A DNA stretch of 54,145 nucleotides from NCBI GenBank assembly GCA_013265495.1, contig PNXW01002066.1, positions 1 to 54,145 on the forward strand, given 5' to 3'. The notes under the pieces were generated by a model. The model searched no databases. It was not told where the DNA came from and worked only from the letters and a program-made list of their open reading frames with translations. Position 1 is the first letter of the stretch; every line of letters starts with the position of its first letter. Position numbers and translations under genes: made by a program. Origin of the DNA: Vicugna vicugna. Lineage: Eukaryota. Of this stretch, positions 1 to 13,632 are shown one piece after another.

Positions 1-415
1 GTTCATAGTCCATCCTTCTGTAATTCTCTTGGCAATGCCTTTGTCGCCCTTGCCCTTCATCCTAGTAAACCCCAAACCCTGGTGGGACCAGATTATCCAC
101 TTTCACCTTGAATACCGGTGGGGGAAATCACACAGCCTGGCACGGCCAGGTACCGCTGTGCGTTCATGTCAACCAGCTTCACCTGCGTCCTTTCTAGTAT
201 GAGTCTCTGGTCAGCTTACCTTCCCACTCTCCGCCGTAGTTCAATCAGACATTTTCCGCTTTCCGCAAGCTTCTGATTTACTCCACCCTCCTTCATCTTC
301 AATGTAACAGGATGATGTTATGGGTATTGCTTAACGTAGAAAATGCTTACCTTCCGATTGGCACACTGTTAACTTCCCTCCAAGAAGCTCAGCCATCCTT
401 TCCTACTGTTTAAGT

Positions 416-970
416 TGTGAACGTCTGCCAGCAAAGACCATTAGAAACACAACGACAGTTAAATAAGTTTAATTACTCGTTTTATTGAGGGAGAACTCTC
501 ATCCTGGGGAACATCGAGGCCTTTCCGTATTTGGGCTTTGGTTGGATAATTGGGGGCAGTGTTCCAGGAAGCAGGGATTTGCTCTGGATTGGATGCTGAG
601 AAGAGGTGGAGACAGTTCTGGGATTGGTTAGCACAGTCAGTCTTTTCTAGAAGGAGGTGTGACTAGACTAAGACACGCTGTAATTCACAAAGAAGCCACA
701 AGCACCCACGTCAGCCTGGAGAGAGGAACGTTTGCTACTCTGCAGGCAGGGTGGCCTTGTTTTTGGCTGTTCAGACAAAATTATGAAGCAGTCCTGTTTT
801 GTCTCACTTCATCACCGTGCGACCTTTGTGCTGGTTGTTCAGCGAGATTGTTTATTTCCGACAGGAGGACCATGCAGCCTCTGAATACGAGGCAGCATCT
901 AACAACGCTGAAGCCCAGCTCACGGCACCAGGCCAGCTCCTAGGGGTTAGCGCTGCTTTCCGTTTTTTCA
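416..970. mobile_element. Probable ERV solo LTR
   Basis: TGT...CA bounded block with LTR-like composition; no TSD seen and family not determined. Confidence 0.35.
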
Positions 971-3771
971 CGGGGAAGGGGTGAGTCTTAAACAGACAAA
1001 CAGGTGTTTGCCAGGCAGATGACAATAGCAGGAGCCGAAGAGCATAGAGACTGAAGCCAGCATGGTGTCTTAGTGAACTTGCTATCAGGTGATGGGAGGA
1101 GGGGTGAGAGCAAGAGAGAATTCTAGAGAGATTGTCAAAGGAATAAATGGGGAAGGTCTTGAGGGCTTTTCAATGGGGAGAATGACACGATCTGGGTTTG
1201 TGTTTTTAAAAATCCCCAGCAGCCTTGCGGGAGATGGGCCGGCAACAAAGAGGAAGCCTGTTCCCTTTTCCTTCCCGCCGGCCACAGCTCCCACTCAGTC
1301 TCCTTGCTCCCAAATCTTGCAAGACGTCTTTATTGTTCTACCTGCTTCTAGTCTAGCCGCCTACCCTGGCTAAGTGATTCGGCTGCGGCCAGGGTGATGT
1401 TTCAGAATCACAGATCTTCTCCTGTCACTCTGTTACTTGGTACCTTCTGGTTCTCCATCAGCCACAAGGTCAAAATCCACACTCCGTTGCATGATACACC
1501 GCAACTTTCCCACTCTCCGCAGTGCAATCAGACATTTTCCACTGATCGTGCTGCCCTGGGCCTGATCACTGCCACCTGGAAATCGCCATTCGGATGTCTC
1601 AGAATGATCTCAAATTATTTCTAAAGCCGTGCTCAAGATCACCTTCCTGTATTTTCCTTCTTGCCACCCCTCTCAGGGAATGGTGCCATTGTCCACTCAG
1701 ACCACTGCAGGCATCACTGTGGAACTGCCCTTTCACTTACCCCCAAAGCAGTCAATCACCCAGGCCTTTGATTTTTGTCTGTGAAATATCTCTGGACTCT
1801 ACCTCCTTTTCTCCACCTCCACTGCTGCTGTCTCAGTCCACACTGAGGTCATGGGCCAGGCCACTCGTCTGCTCCCTGAGCTCCCCAGTTGCTCCTGCCC
1901 CCGGCCCCCTCCAGCCATAACTTGCAGTGAAGCCAGAGGTTTGGACCAGGTCACTCCCTAGTGTAACGGCTTCTTGTGATTCTTAGGAAAAGAGCAAAGT
2001 TCCTCATATGGTTTGCCCAGCCCTGCCTGCTCTGTCTGGTTTCTCCAGTCTCACTTCACCCTCCTCTTCCCTTCACCCCTCCATCCTCTCAGTTCCCCGA
2101 GTGTGCCCTGGCCCTGCCTTCCTTGGGGCCTCTCAGCAGGCCGTTCCTTCCCGCAGTGCTTCCTCCCACCCTCCTGTGTCTGATCAATTCCACATCATCC
2201 CTCGGATTGATGCATTCATTCGACGTTCTTTATTGAGACCCTACTCAACTTATGGAGGTCTGGTTCTAGTGCAGGTGGAAGGGAATGGAAACAGGCAAGA
2301 TTGGAGCTCTTATGGGGCATTTATTCCAGTGGGAGAAGCGGCCAGGAAACACACAAGCCAAACACCTGGCACGTGAGCTGGGGGAGATGCAGCAGGAGTG
2401 CTGGGGGGAGTTGTAATGTGAGCTGGGGTGGCCAGGGAAGCCCCCCCCCTGCCGAAGGTCAATGCTGGGGAAAGGAATGAGCCCATGGAGGGATATCTGG
2501 GGAAACAGTGTCCCGGGCAGAGGGAAAAGAGAGAACCAAGGCCCCGAGGCATGAGTTGGCGTGTCCCAGGAGCAGCAAGGCCTGAGCGAATGAAAGGGAA
2601 GAGAGTAGCAGGTGTTTCTGGCTCTTGGAAGGACCCAGCTGACACTCGAAGTGAGGTGGGAGCCGAGCCGCTGGAGGGCTTTGGACAGAAGATGGAGGTG
2701 ACCTGACTTGGGTTTCAGCAGGGTCCCTCCAGTTTCTCTGTGGAGGCCAGACTGTTCAGAGGGCAAGCCCAGAGGCAGGGAGACCTGCTGTCACAATATC
2801 CCGAGTCAGAGATGCTGGTGGCTTGAATCAGGATGGTCGCGGTGGAGGTGCTGAGAACCCGCCCGATCCTGGATCCACTGTGAAGGCAGAGCTGATAGAA
2901 CGGACTGACAGATTTGGGGGTGGGCTGAGACTGAGGGGTCGAAAGTGACCCCATGGTTTTTGGCTTTATCTCAAGGAAGCCATCTGGCACCTGCAGACAA
3001 GCTATAGCCCCTTGTTACGCATTCGCATAACACTGCACACACCCATTTGAATTCAGACATGTTGTTTAATGTTTGTCTCCCCCACCAGAATTAGCACAGT
3101 ACCCAGCAGGGACATGTGTACCTTAGTGCCATTCGCACGATAGACACACAGTAAGTGTTTGTCAGATGGCTAAAGTCAACTGAAGGCAGAAGTTGAAGAT
3201 TGTTTCCCGAGGAGTTGTTAAAATTCTGTCTTTCTGTTTTCCTGGTTTTCAGTGGTCCGTATGTTTTAGAAACCAGACCAGGGGCTGTAAGGCTGAATTC
3301 CATTGTGTCAGTTATGGACGTTCATCTGATTTCTCAACCGAACTGAAAAATACCCCACCCGCCCCGCCTTGCCATGCAAGCATCTCACAGGATCACCTAT
3401 GGGGAAAGCCTGTGTTTTCCTAAGGGCACCGGCCTCTCGGCATATTGATTGCATCTTCACAGCTCTGCCCCAGACAGCAGGGCCAAGATTTTGATCTGAA
3501 ATATTTTGAAGGCAGGTGCCATGCTGTTCTCCACCTCTGGGGAAGAGGCGTCACTTTCGAAGTAGAACATTCTGTCAAGGAAACGGTAGCTGCCAAACTT
3601 GCTCATCAAGAAGGTCAAATAATTCATTGATTTTTTTACCCCCCCCCCTTTTTTAAATAAAAGGAATGAATTAGATTTTAGAAAATATCTGGGAAAGATA
3701 ATGATCTTAGATCTCGAATAGAAATGTCACTTTTTTTCTCTCTAATGTTTTTAAGTGACAAAATTGAGGTG

Positions 3772-3989
3772 AGGTGACCTTGAACAACATGGGTTTGATC
3801 TGCATAGGTGCAGTTATATGGGGATTTTTTTCCCCTAAATATGTCTATAGTTCTACACAGTCCTGTGGTGGTTCAATCTGCGGATGTGGAACCGAGGATA
3901 CAGACAGCCGACTGTAAAGTTACACGTGGATTTTCTAGTGCATGGGGTTTGGCGCCCCGAGCTGTCACATTGCTCAAGGGTCAGCTGTA
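3772..3989. mobile_element. TcMar-Tigger-type non-autonomous DNA transposon (MER8/Tigger2-like)
   Basis: Imperfect terminal inverted repeats GGTGACCTTGAACAA ... TTGCTCAAGGGTCAGCTG followed by TA. Confidence 0.7.
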
Positions 3990-6245
3990 CATTTTCTCCA
4001 CTCAGGAGCCTAGTCTGAGCATATTGTACATGTAATTTCCCCCAGATCTGCCCTTCTTGTTGTTTTTCCTTTTTCCGCTGGCTGCACAGAGTTCTGCAGT
4101 GTGCTTGTACTTTATTTGGCTGTCCTTTTGGCCAACATCTAGGTGGTTATGATTTTGTTCTTCAGATCATGCTGTGATGAGCACCTTTGCCCATGTGTTT
4201 GAGTTTTCCTATGAGATAGATTTCAGGGGAGAAGTTTCTACAGAATGGTGCTCAAGTTATATCAGTTTCCATTCCATCCGTGGTGAGTCGAGATGCTAAT
4301 CCTGAGACCTTGTCAGTCTCTTAGATTGTTTATCAGCCGGAAGGTGGGGAATAATAACCTGTTTTTGATTTGTGTTTCTAGCTTCGAGAGTGAGGCCAAG
4401 CACTTTTTGTCCGCTCACACTCGGTGGTGTTTGTGATGTGAACCCTCCCTCCCATGTCATTATCCTGCCAGGCTGTTGTCTTTTTCTCGTTTGGTTATTT
4501 GTATTTTTATTACCCATTTGTGAGGCCCTTTTGTCTCTGGGATGGTGATCCTTTGCCTCTGTGTTTGTTGCAGTGTTTTCTCTCCAGCTGATGCTCGTCT
4601 TTCAGTTTAGCTTGTGTTGTACATTTCTGTTTTCTCCTCCACTTTTAAAAGTTGAAGTTTCAGTGATTTACAATGTTGGGTTTGTTTCTGGTATACAGCA
4701 TGGTGATTCCGCTATACATATGTATGTATTGTTTTTCATATTCTTTTGCATTATAAGCTATACAAGGTATTGAATATAGTTCCCTGTGCTATAAGTAGGA
4801 CTTTGTTGTTTCTCTGTGTACATTTCGTAATGTAGAAATCATGAGTTATGGTACAGAATCTGACATTCTAACTTTAATGGCTTTTGGGTAATGCTTTGAA
4901 AGACCATTCTCAACCATTACAACATTTTCTTTGGCATTTTATGGTTTAGTTTTGATGCTTAGATCATCCATCTGGCTTTATTACTTTGTATGTTATAAAC
5001 TAGCTGTTTTAACTTAATTTTGTCTCAAATTATTAGCCAGTTGTCTGCACAGCATCAATTGAATGATCTGTATTTCCCCTTTGATTTCAAATGACCCTTG
5101 TGTTATATACCAAATTCTTGTATGTACTTTAACACAGCAGTGCATATGTCACTCTTGACTTCTGGTTGAAATCGCTTTTTGTTTGTTTGTTTGTTTGCCC
5201 AGGTAATTTATTATTGGAGAGTTAAAGACCCTGTGAAGGCATTTTCCCAAACATTTCAGAAGCTTTATCCCTATCAAACAGCTAAAGTTGTTAAACTGAA
5301 GTGCTTTGAAACTTATTCCGTATGTTCAGGCTTCTAATTTATTAAGAAGTCTTTCTTTTTTTCCTTCTTTCTCTCTTTCTCTTTTTCCATTTTGATGTGT
5401 AAGCACTGTGACTCACAAAGTTACTCAGTTGTGAATGGATTGAAAGCTCCCATTAGCTTGCTTTGCAGTGAAGAATAAGGTTTGTAGTAGGGATATCAGA
5501 ATTTTCTTAGTCTATTTGAGCAGCTGAGCTCCAGGAAGAAAGAAGAGAAAAGGGATATTAGCAAAAGACATGAATGTCCTAAGTCTGTCCCTTTTCATCA
5601 GGAAAGCAGTAGCTTTTGGGGAAGCCCTACCTGTTAGACTTCTGTGTGCTTCTTATCAACCAGAATTAGGACACATGGCCCCCTCGCTCGCTGCAGGAAA
5701 GTGTGGGGAGGTGAGAATTTAAAATAGGGCAGATTGATGCCTCAAACCAAATTGACATCCTCTTAGGAAGAAGAAGCAGTGGATATTGGGAAGAGAACTT
5801 GGAGGGTCTGCTACATCCCACATGCTTTCTTTTTTGCCCTCTCGAGAATTTTTTTAGGTATTCTTAAGCAAGAGGGAGGGAGAGGAAGGGTTTGGGAGAG
5901 AGGAAGATAATTTACACAGAATAATTGTTCAGTTTGATGAGGGTTGACAGTTGTATATATCTGTGTACGACCACTGGAACAAGATAGATAAAATTTCTGA
6001 AACTCCAGAAAGTTCCCTTCTGTCTCTTTCTAATTAGTCTCCTTACCCCAAGCTAGCAACCATTTTCTGATTTCAGTTCCACAGGTTAGATTTGCTTTGA
6101 TGCTTCGATCATCCATCTGGCTTTATTATTTTGTATGTTATAAGTTATTATCTTAGCAGATATAAATGGAATCATAGAGTCTGTATTCTTTTGGTGTCTT
6201 CTTTCAGTCAACATATTCTTTGAGATTCATCCATGTTACACACAT

Positions 6246-6742
6246 TGTCAAAGAGGGGCAAAGCCGGATACTAGTTAAAGTGGTAAGGTCGGATTTTATG
6301 CAGTAATTACTATTGCAATAGGGGAAAGAATCCAGCATGAACTAAACTCAACTCCAATTTGTACAGAGGGTGTTTTATAGGGAGAATGAGAGAAGAAGAA
6401 AGGTGGTGAGCAAGAGCTCAGTCAAGTCAGTGAAAAATTACACAAAGTGGGAGAGAGTGTGTTGGTCTATGTGAAACCATCTGGATTTGCTAACTGGGAG
6501 ACAGAGGCCCTGTCTTCAGATGTTGGCCAGAATGAACAGTGAATTCTTTTGGCAGCCTTGAGTTTCCTCAGGCAGGTACACTGAGATGGCCTAGAGTCAT
6601 CCTAGGGGAGTGGCCTTGAGCTGTTAAAAACTCTCTTAGTGTGTGTTCAGGTCTTTATATAATAGGTCAAGGTTGAGGTCTAGTTGAGAAGAGGGCTCAG
6701 AGGAGCCTGGCTAGACATTGGTCAAGGAGAGAACCTTTGCCA
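6246..6742. mobile_element. Solo LTR-like element
   Basis: About 500 bp block bounded by TG...CA that interrupts an L1 3' remnant; family not determined. Confidence 0.5.
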
Positions 6743-6744
6743 GT

Positions 6745-7950
6745 GTAAAATAGTTGACTGCTTTTTATGTTGTGTGAATATACTATGATTTGTTCATCCA
6801 TTCACCTGAGGATGAACATTTGACTTGTATCCAGTTTTGGCCAGCGTGAATAGGGTGCAATGAACATTCTTATATAAGTCTGAAATTTCTCTTGGATAAA
6901 TACCCAGGAGTGGAATGGCTTAGTCGTAGGGTGGGTATGTGTCAACTGCCAGACTAATTTCCAAAGTGGTTTATCAGTTTGCATTTCCCACCAGCAGTGT
7001 CTCCAGACTCCAGTTGCTTCATATTCCTTGTTAAACATTTGGTGTTGTCCGTGGGTGTGAGAGGGCATCTCATTATGTCTTAAAAGGCACTTCCCTGCTG
7101 ACGGATGTCGTTACGCACTCTTTTGTGCGCTCGTCGGCCACTCCTACATCTTTTGTGAACTGTCTATTCAGGTCTTTTGCCCATTTTTGTTGATGATGAT
7201 GTTGCTGCTTTTGACTTACTTGGAGTTCTGTTACATATTCTAGATAGGAATCCTTTGTCAGATAGATGTGTTGTAAATATATGTACATGTATAGGAAAAT
7301 GAAAATTTTAAATATTTACAATAGCATTAAAACACCAACTGTCTAAATCCCAGTCCAAATTCTAACCATCTTTTTTGAAGAAGTACACAAATTGATTCTA
7401 AATTGTATATGGAAACACAGAGAATTTAGAGTAGCCAAAAAAAACCTTCAAAAGAGAGCAAAGTTGGGGAACTTAACACTACATAATACTACTTAATTTT
7501 AAGGCTCACCGTAAAGCTACAGTGATCAGAAACAATGTGGTTTTGGCACAAAGGTAGAAAAATAGATCAATGAAACGGAATAGAGTTCAGAAATAGACCT
7601 ACAACCAGAACTGTCAGCTGATTTTTTTTCCCCAGGGTGCCAAGTCAGTTCAACGGGGGAACGGAAAGCCTTCTTAACCCATAGTTCTGGATCAACTAGA
7701 TATTCAGATGGAAACACTGACTTCATTCTGTACACACATTCTAATTGGGGCTGGATCATAAACTTAAATATAAAAGCTGAAACCATAAAGGTTCTGTATG
7801 AAAATATAGGCAGCTATCTTGGCAGCCTTGGGATAGGTAAATATTTTATGTATAGAACAAAAAAAGCACTAACTACGAAGGAAAAATAGATACACTTAGA
7901 AAATCAATGGACAAGCCACATCCTGGGAGAAAATATTTGGAATACGTGTT
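6745..7950. mobile_element. Old L1 fragments in opposite orientations (about 6745-7285 minus; about 7330-7950 plus)
   Basis: Degenerate L1 ORF2/3' motifs (KWAKDLNRQFTK in the ORF track; AAAGCTACAGTGATCAGAAACAATGTGG). Confidence 0.65.
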
Positions 7951-9624
7951 CTTAACTGTTTTATTTCCAGAAGTGTGTTAACGTTATTCAGGTCCATGGA
8001 TGGCATCCTGTTACTGTGTACCTGTTAATTATATCAAATATTTTAATTATATCAAATATATATATATATTAAAATTAGATATGAGACGTTGTACCAAGGG
8101 GGCTGATTGGATTCTCCTACTTACTTCACTCTGTGAATGTTTGTTCCTTCTCTGTTTACACTTTGCCACTATTCAATGACTGCTTACGAGAGAGACAGTA
8201 GATTGTAGATCATATTACGCCTTGTAAAGTAATTAGACATTAGATGAAACCAAAAGGCAATACTAGTAAGTCTCCTGTGGGAGGAAACCAGCCTGTGGGC
8301 CTTCTTCATTATTCAGGCCCAGCTTTTTAGGTGATTCACGACTTAAAGTCTTGCGGATCTACTTATGGAAAGCGACAAGAGGCTTTCCAGAATTCCCAAG
8401 AGGCGAACAAATCCAAACTCTGTTTAGGTACAGAGTTTATTGGCCGTAAGACCTTGCTTTCTATCTCCCACTTCTAAACCAAGAATAAAACCAACAGAAA
8501 ATAGAAACCAAAAAAAAAAAAAAATAACTAAAAGATATAAAAGAACAAGAATACAAATTAAAAATTAGAGTTTGTAAAGCAGTACCTTAAAGACCACAAA
8601 GCAGTATGCAGTAAAAATCCCAAACTTGAAAATGAATGCTAAGAATATTCAGCTGATTTTAGCAATTGATGTATATGGATATACACATACACACATATGT
8701 GTGCATCCGTAAACAGCTAAGCAGTACCTATGTGCAGATACACAGAAGCACACGGATACCATTTAAGCCGCTGAAGTGTTGGGGGAGGGGTGTAAATCCA
8801 AGTGGGTAAGTAGGTTTGTAAAGCAGTGAAGTTAATTTCCCTCAAGGTCCCGTAGTTTGGGGCAACCACCTTAGGGTTGTTACGGGGGCCCCATGTGTTC
8901 CTGTTTGTCAAGCATTTGCAATAATGCCTGGCATGCAGACAGCACTCACTCAGTGAGTGTCCTTGAGAAGTGATATAAACCAGCCCCAGCCTTGATCCTC
9001 ATACTCTGGGAGAGCAGGGAGGGCCCCTTCCCATTTCCTAAATCCTCAGATCACGAAATGCCTGTTGGAGGGCGGTTCCCTACCTTACATGAATTTCCCA
9101 TTGTTGGAGTGGACACTTGTGCCAATAGGACAGAATCGGTCAGTGTTTCTTTAATGAATAGGTGGTTGGACCAGACCCGTGTTTCCCACGGGAGGAGTGC
9201 GAGATGGTTTGAGGCGGGGCACAGATAGATGTTTCAAAGTTTAATAGTTAGGTATTTATTACATTGTGTGTTATGCGTTCTTGGAAAAAAAATCTTTGTG
9301 TTCATTCTTGTTTTTTTTCTTAAGGATAAAAATCCCAGAAGTGGGGCTGCATAGTCATCATGTCTGCACATTATTCTGGCTTTTTACACCTGTTGCCGCA
9401 GTGCCTGGCCGCACGACCGGGCCAGTTCCAGCACCCTCGGCCTGAGTCCTCTCCCGAGCCGGGTTCTATTAAAAAATAGTTTTATTGCTGATTTAGTAGG
9501 AGAAGTACTGCTCTGTTTTTGCTTTGATTTTCATTCTGCTTTTTGAAAATTTCTTTGATCATTGATAAGGCTGAGCTTTTTGTATGTTCATTGGGTTGGT
9601 CAGTTGTTCTTTTGTGAATTTTCC

Positions 9625-10405
9625 TTTATTTATCGAAGTATAGTTGATTTACAGCATAGCACAGAAAAGTGATTCAGTTATACATGTACATGTATATCTT
9701 CCTTTGCAGATTCTTTTCCATTATAGGTTATTACAAGATAGTGAATATAGTTCCCCGTGCTATATAGTACGTCCCTGTTTATCTGTTTTATGTATAGTAA
9801 TGTGTATATGTTCATCCCAAACTCCTAATTTATCCGTCTTCCCCACCCCTTGCTGCTTTTTAACCATAGTTTGTTTGTTGTCTATTTCTGTTAGTCTATT
9901 TCTGGTTTGTAAACAAGTTTTTTTTTTTAGGTTCCATATATAAGTGATACCATATGATGTTACTCTCTTATTTCACTTAGTATGATAATCTCTAAGTCCA
10001 TTCACATTGCTGCAAATGGCATTATTTCATTCTTTTTTAAGGCTGAGCAATAATCTACTGTATATATATATATATATATATACACATCTTCATGTAATTG
10101 CATTTTTACATTTTTAAGGAACTTTACTGTTCTCCATAGTGGCTGCAGCAATTTACATTCCCACCACAACAACGTAGGAGGGTTCCATTTCCTCCACACC
10201 CTCTCCAGCATTTATTATTTGTAAACTTTTTTTGTGTGTGCTTTATAAAAATAGTTTTATTGAGGTATAATTGACGTATTTGTAGACTTTTTAATGGTGG
10301 CCATTCTGACTGGTGTGACGTGATGCCTCATTGTAGTTTTGGTTGCATTTCTCTGAAAATTAGTGATGTTGAGTATCTTTTCATGTGCCTGTTGGCCATC
10401 TGTAG
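9625..10405 (-). mobile_element. LINE-1 3' end / ORF2 C-terminal fragment
   Basis: Typical L1 3' text (CATTGCTGCAAATGGCATTATTTCATTCTTTTTT; CCACACCCTCTCCAGCATTTATT). The ORF track shows KKNEIMPFAA. Confidence 0.85.
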
Positions 10406-11473
10406 TGAATTTTCCATTTTTGTCTTTTGTCATTCTTTTTCTTCTGGGGTATTAGTTTTTTTCTTAATGTTTTTCCTAGATTAATATTTGCCTCTTATGT
10501 TTGTTTATGAAATGCAAACGTTCTTGTTATGTATACAATACCGTTTGAGCCATTCTGTGGCACGCATGTTCTTACATTTTAACTTCTCTGAAAGCAGATG
10601 TGACTTACTCTCGACATGTCCTGCAGTCACTGTCCAGTCATGTTAGAGGTGTCACTACCTGTGCGGGTGGACGCAGTGGTTAATCCTAGTGGCACGGCTA
10701 CACGACTGTGACCACAGCACCTGATGCTTTAGTCCATTTATCACTTAAGGGCCATTTGAGGAAGGAGCACAAATCCTGTGGTGGTTGGCAATCATCCATG
10801 GATACCTTCTGATGAGATCAGGAAAGAGCCAGTATCAAAACTTGCAGAGGGAGGCTCAGCTGCTTGGAAGAAAAGCTCAGAGAGGTTGGTGGAGACCTCT
10901 TAAGAAGTGCATGTTCGCCAGCGTCCTCAGTGGCACGAAGATCATTATTGTGTGGAAAGTCACAGACATCCTGCAAGCGAAGACTTAGCCAACTTATTTC
11001 ATTCATCTTTTCCTTTTTATGTCTGTAGGAGAGAGCTGATGACACCCTGTGCAAATAAAGGAGCTTTGTCCAAAACCCCCAAATTAAAATTCTGAGTGAT
11101 AAGAAAAACACTAAGTTAACTAATTGGCAGTGGTTTTAAATTTCTTTTTTCCATCTTATAATTGACTGTATCTTAGATTTAATGAAATATAGGTAATGTT
11201 TCTTTTTTGCCCAGCTCATCTCCAGTTGGTAGCTTGTAAATTCTGAATCACGGCATTCACCTCCCCTCAGAATTCCCAGCAGCAGTGCCCTGCCGCACCC
11301 TCTTCCTTCCTCTTCCCAACGGTGTGTTGTCCAACTTTTTATCTTGGCCACTCTCACAGACAAATCAGTGAGGTCCTTTTTCCTCGGAGGCGTAGAAACC
11401 ACTGACAGTCATCTAGACCGAAGGACTGGAAACAGACACATGTTGGAAACATTAGGAAGTTTCATAGGAACTA

Positions 11474-11905
11474 GTGACCGGGGGTACTTGTGTCTGTGCA
11501 TCTCCCCCAAGTGATCGTGGTACTTGTGTTATGTCCATGCATCTTGTGAGGTGATCAGGGTACTAGTTTTATGTCCGTGCATCTCCCCAAGTGATCTGGG
11601 TACTTGTGTTATGTCCGTGCATCTCCCCAGGTGATCGGGGTACTTGTGTTATGTCCGTGCATCTCCCCAGGTGATTGGGGTACTTGTGTTATGTCCGTGC
11701 ATCTCCCCAGGTGATGGGGGTACTTGTGTTATGTCTGTGCATCTCCCCCAAGTGATCCGGGTACTTGTGTTATGTCCGTGCATCTCCCCAGGTGATGGGG
11801 GTACTTGTGTTATGTCTGTGCATCTCCCCCAAGTGATCCGGGTACTTGTGTTATGTCCGTGAATCTCCCCAGGTGACCGGGGGTACTTGTGTTATGTCTG
11901 TGCAC
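11474..11905. repeat. Minisatellite, about 11 copies of a 40-41 bp unit
   Basis: Unit GGGGTACTTGTGTTATGTCCGTGCATCTCCCCAGGTGATC; the TACT core recurs at 11521, 11561, 11601, 11641, 11681, 11721 and beyond. Confidence 0.95.
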
Positions 11906-12679
11906 CTGCCCACCTTTTTGTACTGCCGCACGTCATCAACCACGCCTAGTGTGCTGTGGAAATCCATTCCTCCCAAGCTGAGTTTGCTTCTCTCTCCAAC
12001 CTCCTCTCCAGTTTCTCCTGTTTTCTTACTCCTCTCCAGCACACCCCCTGCCCCCTACCTACTTCCTGCTTCTGAAACACTCCACGTCCATTCCCACCCT
12101 CTGCTGCTCCTCCTGCCTAGAATGCCTTTTGTACAACTGACTTCTTCCAATTCGCTTGGACTCAACTCAGCCTTTCTTTTTTCAGAGAAGTCTTCCCTTT
12201 CCTACTTCCTTAAAGTACATCCTTCCATCCTCTGTATGATTATCTCCCTCATTTGTCATAATTTCTCTTTATCTTTGCCTCTGTCCCTCCTCTGTTTTGT
12301 ACCCCCAATGCCTGGCACTTAGCAGACACTCAATAAATTTTGCTTGACTGAATCAATAGTATTAAATCTACTGATAATGCAGGGTGGGGAGGAATAGAAA
12401 CTGCTCCTTGTTATCCACGACGGCAGTAATAAATCCTACAAGGAACACTTGGAGGCAAATTGATCAGCTCTTCAGCAGTTCGAGTGTCTTAGCAGTGGGG
12501 CGAGTGCCTTCTTGTGGGGAGTAGTCACAGTGGCTCCATATTGTTGAAAGGCTTCTTCCACTGGATGTTGGGGTTGACTAAGGTCTCTTCCAACCCTTAA
12601 ACTGATGAGTGTTCTCATCACTAGTCTACCCTCTTGTTTTTTTTCTCGTCAGCTACTTCAGCTGCAGATATGGCCGTTA

Positions 12680-12693
12680 CCACTAGATGGCGC
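12680..12693 (+). promoter_or_regulatory. CTCF-like binding motif
   Basis: CCACTAGATGGCGC fits the CTCF core consensus CCASYAGRKGGCRS. Confidence 0.55.
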
Positions 12694-13383
12694 GAGATGA
12701 TCCCTTTGGAATCAGCGTTCATCCAGCTGCCAGGGACAGTGAGAACACTGGTTTTCGCCCTACTTATACCCCCACAGACGCTTGAAGCAAAAGCTTCACA
12801 AAACAGTCCTGACTCTTACAGTGTGGAATGCTGCTGCTGTTTTCTGTTTTACTCTCAGCTACTTCATTTTCTAAAGTGGAGATTTGCAAACTATTCCGTT
12901 GATTTTATGATATTGATGGCTCACAACTTACTGTTGGAAAAGCACTATTTTAGACAGCTGCACACGTTTCCTCTTTTTTATTAAGTATAGTCGGTTTATA
13001 ATGTTGTGTTAATTTCTTGTGTACCACATGGTGATTCAGTTATACATGTGTATCTATTCCTTTTCATATTCTTTTGCACTATAGGCTATTACAGGATATT
13101 GAATATAGTTCCCTTGAGCTCGTTTCCTCTTGTAAAACTCTATGGGTCTGCTGTTTTCCTTGGGCAGTCTGGGCTTATAGCAAATTGTGTCCCTTAGTGA
13201 GGACTTTGTGTGTTTCTGTGTGGAGTTGAGTAGCTGAACGTATATGCTTCCTTATAGATGTTTACAGATGTGCAAACCTGGATGCAAGAGACTGGGGGGA
13301 CGTATTTGTACAGCATTCAGCACCTTGTAAAGTCAAGGCGGCAGTAAGCCTTGTCGGTAGATATAGAGAATAGGAAAGATGTA

Positions 13384-13530
13384 GAGGGAGGTTATAGCTC
13401 ACTGGTAGAGGGTGTGCTTAGCATGCACAAGGTCCTGGGTTCGATCCCCATTACCTCTGTTAAAAATAAACAAGCAAACAAACAAACCTAACCTAACCCC
13501 CCCAAAAAATAATACAAGGAGAAAAAGAAA
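13384..13530 (+). mobile_element. tRNA-derived camelid SINE (Vic-1-like) with TSD
   Basis: A box TAGCTCACTGGTAGAG, B box GGTTCGATCCC, A-rich tail, and AGGAAAGATGTA repeated on both flanks (13372-13383, 13531-13542). Confidence 0.85.
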
Positions 13531-13582
13531 AGGAAAGATGTAATATCTGCTTCTGGGAGCTTAGAACCTAGCTGGGTGACAC

Positions 13583-13593
13583 CACACACACAC

Positions 13594-13630
<37 letters not shown>
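13583..13630. repeat. (CA)n microsatellite
   Basis: Directly visible CA run. Confidence 0.95.

Positions 13631-13632
<2 letters not shown>

Noticed and set aside
11474..11905. CRISPR-like array
   Set aside because: Contiguous tandem units without unique spacers, in mammalian DNA.
13384..13460. tRNA genes
   Set aside because: The A/B boxes belong to SINE heads with A-rich tails and TSDs, repeated six times in the window.
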